From an uncultured virus (IMG/VR IMGVR_UViG_3300009703_000013) (Duplodnaviria; Heunggongvirae; Uroviricota; Caudoviricetes), in the IMG/VR virus record IMGVR_UViG_3300009703_000013: a stretch of DNA of 20,000 bases. One strand, 5' to 3'. Shown one piece after another: positions 9,650 to 18,532 of this stretch (the stretch's first letter is position 1; each line of letters opens with the position of its first letter). Below the pieces are notes generated by a model. The model saw only the letters and a program-made list of their open reading frames with translations, had not been told where the DNA came from and ran no database searches. A program made the translations under genes and the position numbers.

Positions 9650-11143
9650 TTAAAACTCAATAATTATCTTAACATCTTCAGTTTGATCTGATACCCTTTG
9701 AATTGGTTTTCTGTTTTCAATATAAACTATGTTACCACTATCAGGTTGAAGTTCTGGGTTTGCATATCCACTTGTTAGTGTAACCGTGTTTCCGTTTGCA
9801 AGTGTGACTGTTTCAGAACCAGTTGACGATGGTGTACCTACCGCATTTGTAGTAGCGCCTGTGATAGCATTTGTACCACTAAATGCTGTAAAACTTTGTG
9901 TAGTTGTTGCTGTACCATAAGTAGAAAATCTTTCTTGTTGATAGTACAATAATTTTCTTGTGGCATCCCACTCAACAACTCTACCTACTGCACCAGTTGT
10001 TGCTTGAGTGATTTGTTCATCAACATCAAAAGTTCCTGTGGCTGAAGAGAACTTAACAACATTGGTTTGTCTAGCTGTAGTTGCAGACGCCACGGTAGTT
10101 GTACCATAATTGGTAGGGTCAACTACTATGCCAACTTGTCTAAAGTCATTTTGTACTGTAAAGTCATCACCTTCAGCTTGTGTTATAGTTGTATTTGCTA
10201 TTACAAAATGACCACCTAATTCCTCTACTGCATCTTTACCATGGCCATCTTTTGGTGAGATGATTATTCTTACATCTCCACCTGAACCTGAACCGATGTT
10301 TGCAGAACTTGTTAAAGCTGCATCTGAGAATACGTTTGTTAAAGAAACTTTTCCAAAAGTATATGCAGCTCCACCTGCGTGTATTGTTGTATCTGTACCA
10401 GCAGTTAATCCAAAACTTGCGATTGAACCACCTGATACTGTAATTCTTATAATTGCACCACTTGATGTTCCTTGACTTGTACCATCACCAAACACAGGTG
10501 CGTAGTATGTTCCGTTTGTATAACCTGAACCAGCAGTTACTTTAATTGATTCTATTTTACCATCTACTGCAGCTGCAGAAACAGTTGTATCTGTAGATAC
10601 AGGTATGTAATCTGTAGTAATAAATTTTACAGCTTCAGACGCTGTGATTGTGTACATGTATTTTATAATGTATCCGCCTGATGCGAATGGTGATGTACTT
10701 GTAGATGTTGGCTCGGAGCCTGAAAATGCAGCCCCAGCATTATTGTCAAGAACTTTATATACATCTTTATTAGAAGTCATGAAATAAAATCTTGAACCAT
10801 AAATTGAGGAAGCACCTGAAGCTGTAGTGTTCGAAGATGAAACTCTATCATCGTACATATCAAAGACTGTAGAATTGGCCCAGTTAACTCTAGGAAGTGC
10901 AAAAGAGATATCTGAACTTGTAATTTTTTTAGCCCCTAACATAGAATCCCATAGATAGAATTCATTTGATATGGCATCGGCTGGCGTTGGTGGAGCTGTA
11001 TCTGTACCACCTGAAGTACCAGTTGTGAAAGGCATTGGTTTGCCTAAGAATAAGTAATAAGTTGACGCAGCTGATTCACTAAAGGACTCGTGAAACTGAT
11101 TTGCGTTATGTTGTCTAAATTTTTCTGTTATAATTGCTGTCAT
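9650..11143 (-). CDS. gp8: Baseplate wedge subunit gp8
   Basis: MTAIITEKFR start; FYFMTSNKDVYKVLDN, GYIIKYMYTI, GHGKDAVEELGG and NDFRQVGIVVDP motifs; C-terminus YIENRKPIQRVSDQTEDVKIIIEF. Confidence 0.92.
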   Translation of the reverse strand: MTAIITEKFRQHNANQFHESFSESAASTYYLFLGKPMPFTTGTSGGTDTAPPTPADAISNEFYLWDSMLGAKKITSSDISFALPRVNWANSTVFDMYDDRVSSSNTTASGASSIYGSRFYFMTSNKDVYKVLDNNAGAAFSGSEPTSTSTSPFASGGYIIKYMYTITASEAVKFITTDYIPVSTDTTVSAAAVDGKIESIKVTAGSGYTNGTYYAPVFGDGTSQGTSSGAIIRITVSGGSIASFGLTAGTDTTIHAGGAAYTFGKVSLTNVFSDAALTSSANIGSGSGGDVRIIISPKDGHGKDAVEELGGHFVIANTTITQAEGDDFTVQNDFRQVGIVVDPTNYGTTTVASATTARQTNVVKFSSATGTFDVDEQITQATTGAVGRVVEWDATRKLLYYQQERFSTYGTATTTQSFTAFSGTNAITGATTNAVGTPSSTGSETVTLANGNTVTLTSGYANPELQPDSGNIVYIENRKPIQRVSDQTEDVKIIIEF

Positions 11144-11162
11144 TGGTATACACTTCCTTTTG

Positions 11163-11179
11163 TATTTATATTATTTATA
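11163..11179 (-). promoter_or_regulatory. Two tandem perfect T4-type late promoters TATAAATA (11163-11170 and 11172-11179)
   Basis: Plus strand reads tatttata-t-tatttata in the gp7-gp8 gap. Confidence 0.85.
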
Positions 11180-11184
11180 CGATA

Positions 11185-14100
11185 TTAAGAACTCCTTATC
11201 TCAATAACCGAAGATTTTACAACTGCTCTACTTCCTAATTGTATTACTCTTAACGGTATATCTTCTTTTAATATTTCTGGTCCACTAGAGAAACGTAAAC
11301 TTGCATGTGGTATTTGACCCTCACTAGCAATTAAAGTAGAATCTTCTAATAATATATGATCTATTTGTGCAGCTGCATCATCAACATCTCTTTCTGATAA
11401 TAATCTAAACCCTGCGTCTGTTCCGCTACTATCAGTTCCGTTTAATATTAGACTATCAGTTGATACTTCTTGACTTGCATCTTCTAGTAAAAATGCGTCT
11501 GCAAAATTCTTTTGTGTTGTTTTTTCATATTGTGCTCTAGCACCTGGTACCATTGTACTATCCTCTAATAATAAAAACTGTTTATTAGATGTGGTTGAGA
11601 AAGACTCTGCAATGATAACACCATCCTCTTCTAAAATAAATCTTTCATCACCAGAACCTGTTTTTTCTGATATAATAAAATCATCTTGATCTATTACTTG
11701 GCCTGACAATTCTCCACTTGTTACTAAGTGTCCGTCTAATTTTATGAAACCATCTATCTCTAATTTGATACCATCAAAGTCAGGTGCCGATGCATTATTA
11801 ATATCTGAACTTCCGTTATCTAAACCTCTATTAGATAATAATTCATCTGCAACTATACTGTCTTCAAATATTATAAAACCAGAATTATCTTCTAATTCTA
11901 AAGGTGACACAGCATCAAATTCTAATATTACTTTATTACTAAATCTTAAACCTTGTACATCTATTAAGTCACTTGGTTGTCCTAGTAAAATTCTATCTGG
12001 TCTAACTATATCAACAATTCGTAAGTCTTCAAAAGCAGATATTGGAATTGAGTCATTTGTTTTCTGTGAGTCTTCTAATATCATTTTATCAAAGACAGAG
12101 TGTACTGTAGCTGCATTAAATGAAAATGATGAGTCTTCCATTTTTAATCTACTTGTATCACCAATACCTGTTCCACTTTCTAATATTATATTATCGCCTG
12201 CATCCGTACCACTTACTGCTGTTGCATTTAACACTATAAAAGAAATCACTGGTATTGGGTCTACACCATCTAGTCTTAATACTTCAGTTTCAGAACCCTC
12301 TAATTGTATTCCCTCACTATCAGGAAACATACCACCATTACCTACTGCACCACTAACAGTTCTCATAAAGTTTTGTGAAGCTCTTGCTGTTGCTTTTGAT
12401 TGAATATTTTTTTGGAATAGAGGTATAAAATTAGTTTGAGCTTTATCACTAGGTGCTAAAGAAGTTTCTGCCATTATTCTTCCACCTGCACCAAATTGAT
12501 CTATTGTACCATCTTCAAATAAGAAAGCATCACCTGCATCTGTAGATGAACCAGCAGTTGAGTTAATTACAATTTTATCATCTCTATGACCTAATCTACT
12601 TGATACTTGTACAGCTTGAGAAGTTCTTCTAAACAATTCATCAAACAATGTTGTAAGTACAGAACCAAGAATAGGTGAAAACTCAGAACCACCAGATGCT
12701 GTAATTGCATTTGATAAAAATGTTGCGATACTAACTTTACCAAAAGGTGCAAACCCAGATGGGTGTACTGCTCTTCTTAACTCGTTAATGTATGTAGCAA
12801 TTGATTGGCCGACTTGAACTTCATAAGAAAATTGTTGATAGTAGTAAGAGTCTTGAACACGAATCAAGTCCTCGCCAATCAACGACTCAATGTTTACATA
12901 CTTACCGTCTGTAATTTGTTTTACTCCAGCACTTACCGTACCAGTAGCAATATCTGCTAATAAAACTGTACCTGATGCACTTGCAGTTGATATTGTAACA
13001 GCTGCATCCTCAGAAAAATCAATACTCTCTTGTAGTATTAAACTATCGCCAGCATTATTTGTGCCATCTGTAGAGTTTAGTGTAATAAAGTCTGCGGCAT
13101 CAACATCTGTTTCATCTAATATTTTTCCACCATCGTCACTAGCTTCTAGTGTAATTAAATTACCAAAATCTTCGTTCTTTAATTTATTACCATCTTCATC
13201 TAATATAAATGCTGTACCTGTATCAATTAATGTATCGATTAATATTTTACTTCCAGCATCCGTTACTAATCCCTCTTGAGATTGTTCAGTTAGAAACACA
13301 CCAGAGTTATCTTCTAGTGCAATAGCTAGTAAAGGATTAGCACCATTAACAGGTTCTGCTAATATTTTAAATATGTTTGCACTTGTACCATCAAGTAATA
13401 AATCTTCTTGATTATCCCTTACAAAACTTTGTGGTGTATTAGTTTCTATAACTCCACCCATGCCAGAATGGTTAACACAATAATAATAAAGGGTAGGTGC
13501 ATTTGCAGCTATTGTTATTTGAATATATGCACCAGTGGTACCTGTTTGAATTGTAATAGGAGACTCAGTTACGCCAGTTGTATAAGCCACACCATCTGCG
13601 TGTGTACCATTTGGTGTAGTAGAAAATCTTAATTGATGTCTGTTTGCAGCTAAACTATCTCCTAAAGAACTATCTGATAAATCAAAGTAGTAAGTATTAC
13701 CCTCAACTAATTTTAAACTTTTTTGTCTTTCATTATTAATTTCAAATACATTTGCAGTATCATCAGCGTTTCTAACTTTTTTAACAACAACATTTATTAA
13801 TCTTGTCGCTGGTGTAGCAATACTTGTACCATCTAATATAATATTATCATTTGGTGTACCAACTATATCTTGAACTTCTTCCATAAGAACATTATGACCT
13901 GCAAGTCCTCTTGTATCTTCTTGTACAAAAGGTGCGTTGTAAGTAGTTGCTTGTTCATGTCTTATTTTTATAATGTCTTCTAAAGTAATATCTAATTGTT
14001 GAGTAGTAGGGTTCCAAGCTTTTACTTCACCTGTGTGTGATGTAAGAGTTTCACCTGCAACAAAAGAACCTGTAACATCTTTTAAAATAAAGTGAGCTCT

Positions 14101-16035
14101 GAAACGCATGTCTGGTAAATCACTTGCGTTATAATTAAAACCAGAGTCATTTACTTTTAATGATTCTACAGCACCAATATCTTTTGTTAATGCTAAAACT
14201 TTTGCACCAGAACCACTAACAGTTTCAAAACTAACAGTAGGAATAGATTTATAACCTTGACCTTTATCATTTAAAAATATTTTATTAATAGATGATGCAG
14301 TAGAACTACCAAAAGTACCAGGCTCTAAAAATATTTGATCAGTATCATCACCAAAGGTATCTAAGGTTGTTTGAGTTTCATCTGTAATAATTCTATCATC
14401 TGCATTTGAACTAGATGAGTCAGTACCATTCAAAACAATCTTATCGTTTTCTGTAACAGGGTAAGATACTTGAGTTTCAGAATTGTATTGTGTAGTAGGT
14501 GGATCAGCCAAACCATAGTTTCTTTCTGAACTTGGCATATAAAAAGTTTTGCCAGGAAACTCTATAAACTTAAATGGGTTAGAGCTATCAGTTCCACCAG
14601 CTGCAGCTGCAGTTAAGAACAATGGATAGTAGTAACCTTTTCGTCCACCCCCAAGTTGTTGATCACCACCAACTACAGTCTCACCAGTGGCAAGAATATA
14701 GTAAGGACCATTACTTGTTTCATTTGATTCTAATTGTATGTTAAATTCTTCAGAGCTTGATGTAGTTCCAATCTCTTTTAATAAATTGCCTGATGTTGTA
14801 TCTGTGGCTGTTTCTAATTCTATACCTCCACCAAGTATTGATATAATACCTTCAGCTGCATTGATACCACCACCTGTAGAAAATATTGCTTTCTCACCAA
14901 GTCTATAACCAGTACCAACATCTTGTATGAAAGTATCTGATACTGAACCTGATTTTAAACTGTTAACTAATACATCTGCAAAACCATTTCCTTTATCGCT
15001 GTCAATAACTGTTGCTTCAGACTCAGAATGTAGAATACCATCATTGCTTAAGTTTGCTTTATTAATAACTGTTTTTACAACAAACTCAATTTCTAAATCT
15101 ACAGAGTTTGATATACAAGTTATAGTCTCACCAGTTTGAAAACTTGCACCTTGTGATTCATTTTCTAAAGCAAATTCTATTACAGACGTTGTACCTTGTT
15201 GGAAAGTAGATGCTGATGCTACAACAGCAGTTGCACCTGAAGTTCCACCAGTAATAACTTGGTTAATAGCTTCTTGACCTGTAGCATTACCACTAGATGC
15301 AACTCTAATTAAAATTTGATTACGCCAATTACCATCTGATACTCGTAACATGTTTTCATTAGGATAAAATATTTCAGAGTTCTCATTCAATAATATTTTC
15401 ATAAAGGTCTTATGACCTTCTTTAGTTCCTTTGGATGAATATAAGTCTTTAATATTTTTTACTAATTTTCTTTTAGATACTTCACTTGCTAAACTATTTG
15501 GAATAGTTGCCATAAATGAATTTCTTACTTGATCAAAAAATTCAAATAAAGTATTATCTGTATCTGCGTAATCTAAAAGTTGTTGAATGTTTTGGACAGG
15601 GTTTGCTTTGTAAGTAACAATCTTAGCTTCTGCACCAGAAGTTAATCCTTTGATTGTTTCTCCGATTTGAAATCTTTGGTTTGCAGTGGTATATAAAGAA
15701 ACGTTTCTTACATCTTCTACAATCACTTTTGCCTCTGCACCAGACGTTTGACCTTTTACAGTTTCACCTGCTGTATATTCTGTACTGTCTTCTAAAACTA
15801 TTCTATCTACAGCTGCACCAAGTATTCCGTTTTCAGATAATAGATAACCTTTTGTCTCTGGTTCTAGAATTACATAGTTTGTCGTAAAGTCTAAAGTTAT
15901 TTTTGCTGACTCTAGAAATGTAAAATAGTCTTCAACAAAATCTTTAAAGACAGTATGATCTGCTCTTACGAAATCAGGTAACTGAGTTTCGATTTGTTGT
16001 GATACTTTGTTTATTAGTTTAGGGTCATTAGACAT
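11185..16035 (-). CDS. gp7: Baseplate wedge initiator gp7-like protein (1616 aa) with inserted domains and a long acidic C-terminal extension
   Basis: Lies between gp6 and gp8. N-terminal QLPDFVRADH...FVEDYFTFLE and IKDLYSSKGTKEG...LRVSDGNW motifs, and internal VQDSYYYQQFSY...HPSGFAPFG motif. Confidence 0.82.
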   Translation of the reverse strand: MSNDPKLINKVSQQIETQLPDFVRADHTVFKDFVEDYFTFLESAKITLDFTTNYVILEPETKGYLLSENGILGAAVDRIVLEDSTEYTAGETVKGQTSGAEAKVIVEDVRNVSLYTTANQRFQIGETIKGLTSGAEAKIVTYKANPVQNIQQLLDYADTDNTLFEFFDQVRNSFMATIPNSLASEVSKRKLVKNIKDLYSSKGTKEGHKTFMKILLNENSEIFYPNENMLRVSDGNWRNQILIRVASSGNATGQEAINQVITGGTSGATAVVASASTFQQGTTSVIEFALENESQGASFQTGETITCISNSVDLEIEFVVKTVINKANLSNDGILHSESEATVIDSDKGNGFADVLVNSLKSGSVSDTFIQDVGTGYRLGEKAIFSTGGGINAAEGIISILGGGIELETATDTTSGNLLKEIGTTSSSEEFNIQLESNETSNGPYYILATGETVVGGDQQLGGGRKGYYYPLFLTAAAAGGTDSSNPFKFIEFPGKTFYMPSSERNYGLADPPTTQYNSETQVSYPVTENDKIVLNGTDSSSSNADDRIITDETQTTLDTFGDDTDQIFLEPGTFGSSTASSINKIFLNDKGQGYKSIPTVSFETVSGSGAKVLALTKDIGAVESLKVNDSGFNYNASDLPDMRFRAHFILKDVTGSFVAGETLTSHTGEVKAWNPTTQQLDITLEDIIKIRHEQATTYNAPFVQEDTRGLAGHNVLMEEVQDIVGTPNDNIILDGTSIATPATRLINVVVKKVRNADDTANVFEINNERQKSLKLVEGNTYYFDLSDSSLGDSLAANRHQLRFSTTPNGTHADGVAYTTGVTESPITIQTGTTGAYIQITIAANAPTLYYYCVNHSGMGGVIETNTPQSFVRDNQEDLLLDGTSANIFKILAEPVNGANPLLAIALEDNSGVFLTEQSQEGLVTDAGSKILIDTLIDTGTAFILDEDGNKLKNEDFGNLITLEASDDGGKILDETDVDAADFITLNSTDGTNNAGDSLILQESIDFSEDAAVTISTASASGTVLLADIATGTVSAGVKQITDGKYVNIESLIGEDLIRVQDSYYYQQFSYEVQVGQSIATYINELRRAVHPSGFAPFGKVSIATFLSNAITASGGSEFSPILGSVLTTLFDELFRRTSQAVQVSSRLGHRDDKIVINSTAGSSTDAGDAFLFEDGTIDQFGAGGRIMAETSLAPSDKAQTNFIPLFQKNIQSKATARASQNFMRTVSGAVGNGGMFPDSEGIQLEGSETEVLRLDGVDPIPVISFIVLNATAVSGTDAGDNIILESGTGIGDTSRLKMEDSSFSFNAATVHSVFDKMILEDSQKTNDSIPISAFEDLRIVDIVRPDRILLGQPSDLIDVQGLRFSNKVILEFDAVSPLELEDNSGFIIFEDSIVADELLSNRGLDNGSSDINNASAPDFDGIKLEIDGFIKLDGHLVTSGELSGQVIDQDDFIISEKTGSGDERFILEEDGVIIAESFSTTSNKQFLLLEDSTMVPGARAQYEKTTQKNFADAFLLEDASQEVSTDSLILNGTDSSGTDAGFRLLSERDVDDAAAQIDHILLEDSTLIASEGQIPHASLRFSSGPEILKEDIPLRVIQLGSRAVVKSSVIEIRSS

Positions 16036-16046
16036 AGCATCTCATT

Positions 16047-18038
16047 CTAGTACGAACTTCCTGAGCTTCCACTTGAGCCAGATGAACTAGATGAACTAGA
16101 TGAGCTTGATGTCGATGTGGTTGTGCTACCTGTGGTCGTGGTTGTAGTAGTAGTAGAAGTACCAGACCCAGACACACTATAAGATGTACCAGAGGTAGAC
16201 GCACTATCAACTTGAGCTGTAATAGTAGTGTTCGTAAAATCTATTTCAAGTAATTGATTTCTTACAGGCACAATATCATTTGATGCTGGTGTCATAATTA
16301 ATCTAATTGCAGTTGATGTAGAACCATCAACATTTGATATTGCAGTAAAATTAATATTGTTAATTGTGATATAACCAGAAGTATAATCTATAGTTCCAGC
16401 TTCATTGTCAAAGTAAGAACGTGTTGTACCAATCAAAGCATATCTTCTTAAATTACCAGAACCATCATCGTCAAAAAAGAATTCTGTTTCTGTATCCGTA
16501 CCAACTTTAAAACCAGAAGAAGATAACACACCACCAGTTGCTTTTAGATAACCATCCTCTGGGTGAAACATCGCATTGTTAAATGCAACGTTATAAGATT
16601 TAGTTGTACCTTGTTCTGGTGTAAAATCTTTAGATAGTTTTACAGACGTTGTGTTATTTAAAATAGATGTATCTGACTCATCAATTAATTTAGAAACTGC
16701 TGATGCTCTGTATTGTCCATTGAAAGTTTGTAGAGTACCAGAGTTATAATCTGTTAATGTTGTATTTACAAGAGTTACTAATTCTGAACTTAATTTTGTA
16801 GTTGCTGATGAATCGTAATTAAATGTTACGTTCAATCTTAACTTTGTAGTCTCTGGGTCAACAACAACAGGTGTGATTGATGCAACAGTAAAAGGTGCTA
16901 AGTCAGTAATCAATTGAGATTTTTGAGAAGACGTTAAGTTTGCACCAGTTGTAGATTTTACAGAGATAAACACTTTACCATATTCAGGTGTTGATGTTAC
17001 ACCAGTTGAAGAGTTATAAGAACCAAGCTCTCCACCGAATACTGAAACTGCTTGTGTTTGTGGAAATAATCTTTTTACATAAACCTCATAGTCACCAGTG
17101 GTTACACATCTACCTTGCGATGCATAATCTAAAGGTGCATTTAATTTTATTGATTGAATAGTTTCTGGTTCTGCTCCACCAGTTGCTCTTTCAACAGTTG
17201 TCAAAGTTATATCAGTTACGCCATCAATACTTGCAGGTGGTGTAAATATAAAAGCACCATTTGCATCTGACTTATTAGTTACAACGTATTTTAGTATAAC
17301 GATGTTACCATCATCAACAGCTTTAGAAACAACACCATCACCAAAGTAAACTTCATGTCTTCCGTTTTCTATTTCTTGTAAGAAGTAAACAGTAGAGTCA
17401 CTAGCGAGTTGAGTTATGTCTGTTGCTTTTGTATAAGTTGTAGTAGTAGAATCTGAAGCAGAGTTTTGTACTTGTACTGTAAGAGTAGAAGTATCTGCTC
17501 TGTTATCTCTTAATATAAATCTTTGTTCTAGGTCTGTAGTGTTTACAGTATATCTTGTAGTAATGTAAGTACCTTCATAAACTTTTTGTGCATCAAAGTT
17601 TACAGAGTTTCCAAACTTGGCACCTGTAACATCAGCAATAGTAACAAACTGATAACTAACACCATCAAGTGTAGTAGTAAATGCTGTTCCAGCATTCATT
17701 GTCTTTGTAGTAGAATCTGTTTTAAGTGAAACGTTTATTGTCGCCATTGGAGCTGTGGCTGATCTAACTTCATATCCTAAAGTTTTTGCATGTGATACAG
17801 CTGACGATCTTAATGATGCTGTATCTAAAAACATTTCATTTGCTAACATGTTAGCATTGAAACCTAGATAGTGTGTATTGTAAGCTAATGTATCTAATAG
17901 AACATCAATACCTGAACCATCAAAGTCATAATCTTTGAATTCTTGTTGTGCTTTTAAATATATTTTTAAGTTTGCTTTGATATTATCAAAGTCTAATTCT
18001 GTTACTCTTAAATTTCTTTTCTTTGTAGTTGTAGCCAT
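16047..18038 (-). CDS. gp6: Baseplate wedge subunit gp6
   Basis: ELDFDNIKANL...FKDYDFDGSG...LLDTLAYNTHY...ANEMFLDTASLRSSAVSHAKTLGY, YFGDGV, SQGRCVTTGDY, YGKVFIS and GTIDYTSG motifs. TAATG overlap with gp25. Confidence 0.95.
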   Translation of the reverse strand: MATTTKKRNLRVTELDFDNIKANLKIYLKAQQEFKDYDFDGSGIDVLLDTLAYNTHYLGFNANMLANEMFLDTASLRSSAVSHAKTLGYEVRSATAPMATINVSLKTDSTTKTMNAGTAFTTTLDGVSYQFVTIADVTGAKFGNSVNFDAQKVYEGTYITTRYTVNTTDLEQRFILRDNRADTSTLTVQVQNSASDSTTTTYTKATDITQLASDSTVYFLQEIENGRHEVYFGDGVVSKAVDDGNIVILKYVVTNKSDANGAFIFTPPASIDGVTDITLTTVERATGGAEPETIQSIKLNAPLDYASQGRCVTTGDYEVYVKRLFPQTQAVSVFGGELGSYNSSTGVTSTPEYGKVFISVKSTTGANLTSSQKSQLITDLAPFTVASITPVVVDPETTKLRLNVTFNYDSSATTKLSSELVTLVNTTLTDYNSGTLQTFNGQYRASAVSKLIDESDTSILNNTTSVKLSKDFTPEQGTTKSYNVAFNNAMFHPEDGYLKATGGVLSSSGFKVGTDTETEFFFDDDGSGNLRRYALIGTTRSYFDNEAGTIDYTSGYITINNINFTAISNVDGSTSTAIRLIMTPASNDIVPVRNQLLEIDFTNTTITAQVDSASTSGTSYSVSGSGTSTTTTTTTTGSTTTSTSSSSSSSSSSGSSGSSGSSY
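16050..16205 (-). repeat. Ser/Thr/Gly low-complexity tail of gp6
   Basis: Encodes ...SGSGTSTTTTTTTTGSTTTSTSSSSSSSSSSGSSGSSGSSY. Short nucleotide repeats agatgaact (from 16080) and agt-runs (~16145-16155). Confidence 0.9.
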
Positions 18039-18484
18039 TATCGTATTCTTTCTAACATAATTGATAGATCAACTAATTCAGTAGGTGCGTTAACAACATA
18101 AAAAGATATACTAATTTCATAAGCATTATTATCTAAATTAGGTATTGCTCTAACTGAAACTAATCTTGCTCTTGGTTCAAAGTTATTAATTACATCTTCA
18201 ACTTTTCTTGCAATAACATTAGCAACAATAGGAGTCATGTTTTCGAATAACATATCTCTTACTCCACCATGTATTTCAGGGTGGAATGGTTTTTCGTATT
18301 CGTTAAGTAGGACTAAATTTCTGACTGAACGTTTAACTGCTTGAATATCTTCAACAACAGATACATCTGAGTCTGTACCTTTTTTGCCAAAGAATAAGTC
18401 TAGGTCTCTATATATCCTTGTTGACTTATCACTAGAATTTATTGATTGAGAGTCATATCCCAATCTACCTGGTCTTGATGCCAT
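18038..18484 (-). CDS. gp25: Baseplate wedge subunit gp25
   Basis: YRDLDLFF...AVKRSVRNLVL...YEKPFHPEIHGGVRDMLFE...INNFEPRA motifs. SD AGGAG at 18494-18498. Confidence 0.95.
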   Translation of the reverse strand: MASRPGRLGYDSQSINSSDKSTRIYRDLDLFFGKKGTDSDVSVVEDIQAVKRSVRNLVLLNEYEKPFHPEIHGGVRDMLFENMTPIVANVIARKVEDVINNFEPRARLVSVRAIPNLDNNAYEISISFYVVNAPTELVDLSIMLERIR

Positions 18485-18509
18485 CGAAAAAATCTCCTAC
18501 TACTTTTAT

Positions 18510-18517
18510 TATTTATA
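18510..18517 (-). promoter_or_regulatory. T4-type late promoter TATAAATA upstream of gp25
   Basis: Exact consensus in the 48-nt gp5-gp25 gap. Confidence 0.85.
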
Positions 18518-18532
18518 CAAAAAGTCTAGAGA

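Noticed and set aside
16035..16049. gp6-gp7 fusion by TAG readthrough or stop-codon recoding
   Set aside because: gp7 is not in frame with gp6, and the long ORFs are intact under the standard code.
16028..16210. 60-aa alternative-frame ORF over the gp6 tail, superficially like a membrane or signal peptide
   Set aside because: Its Leu/Val/His runs are the shifted reading of Ser/Thr codons, and it has a non-ATG start with no clear SD.
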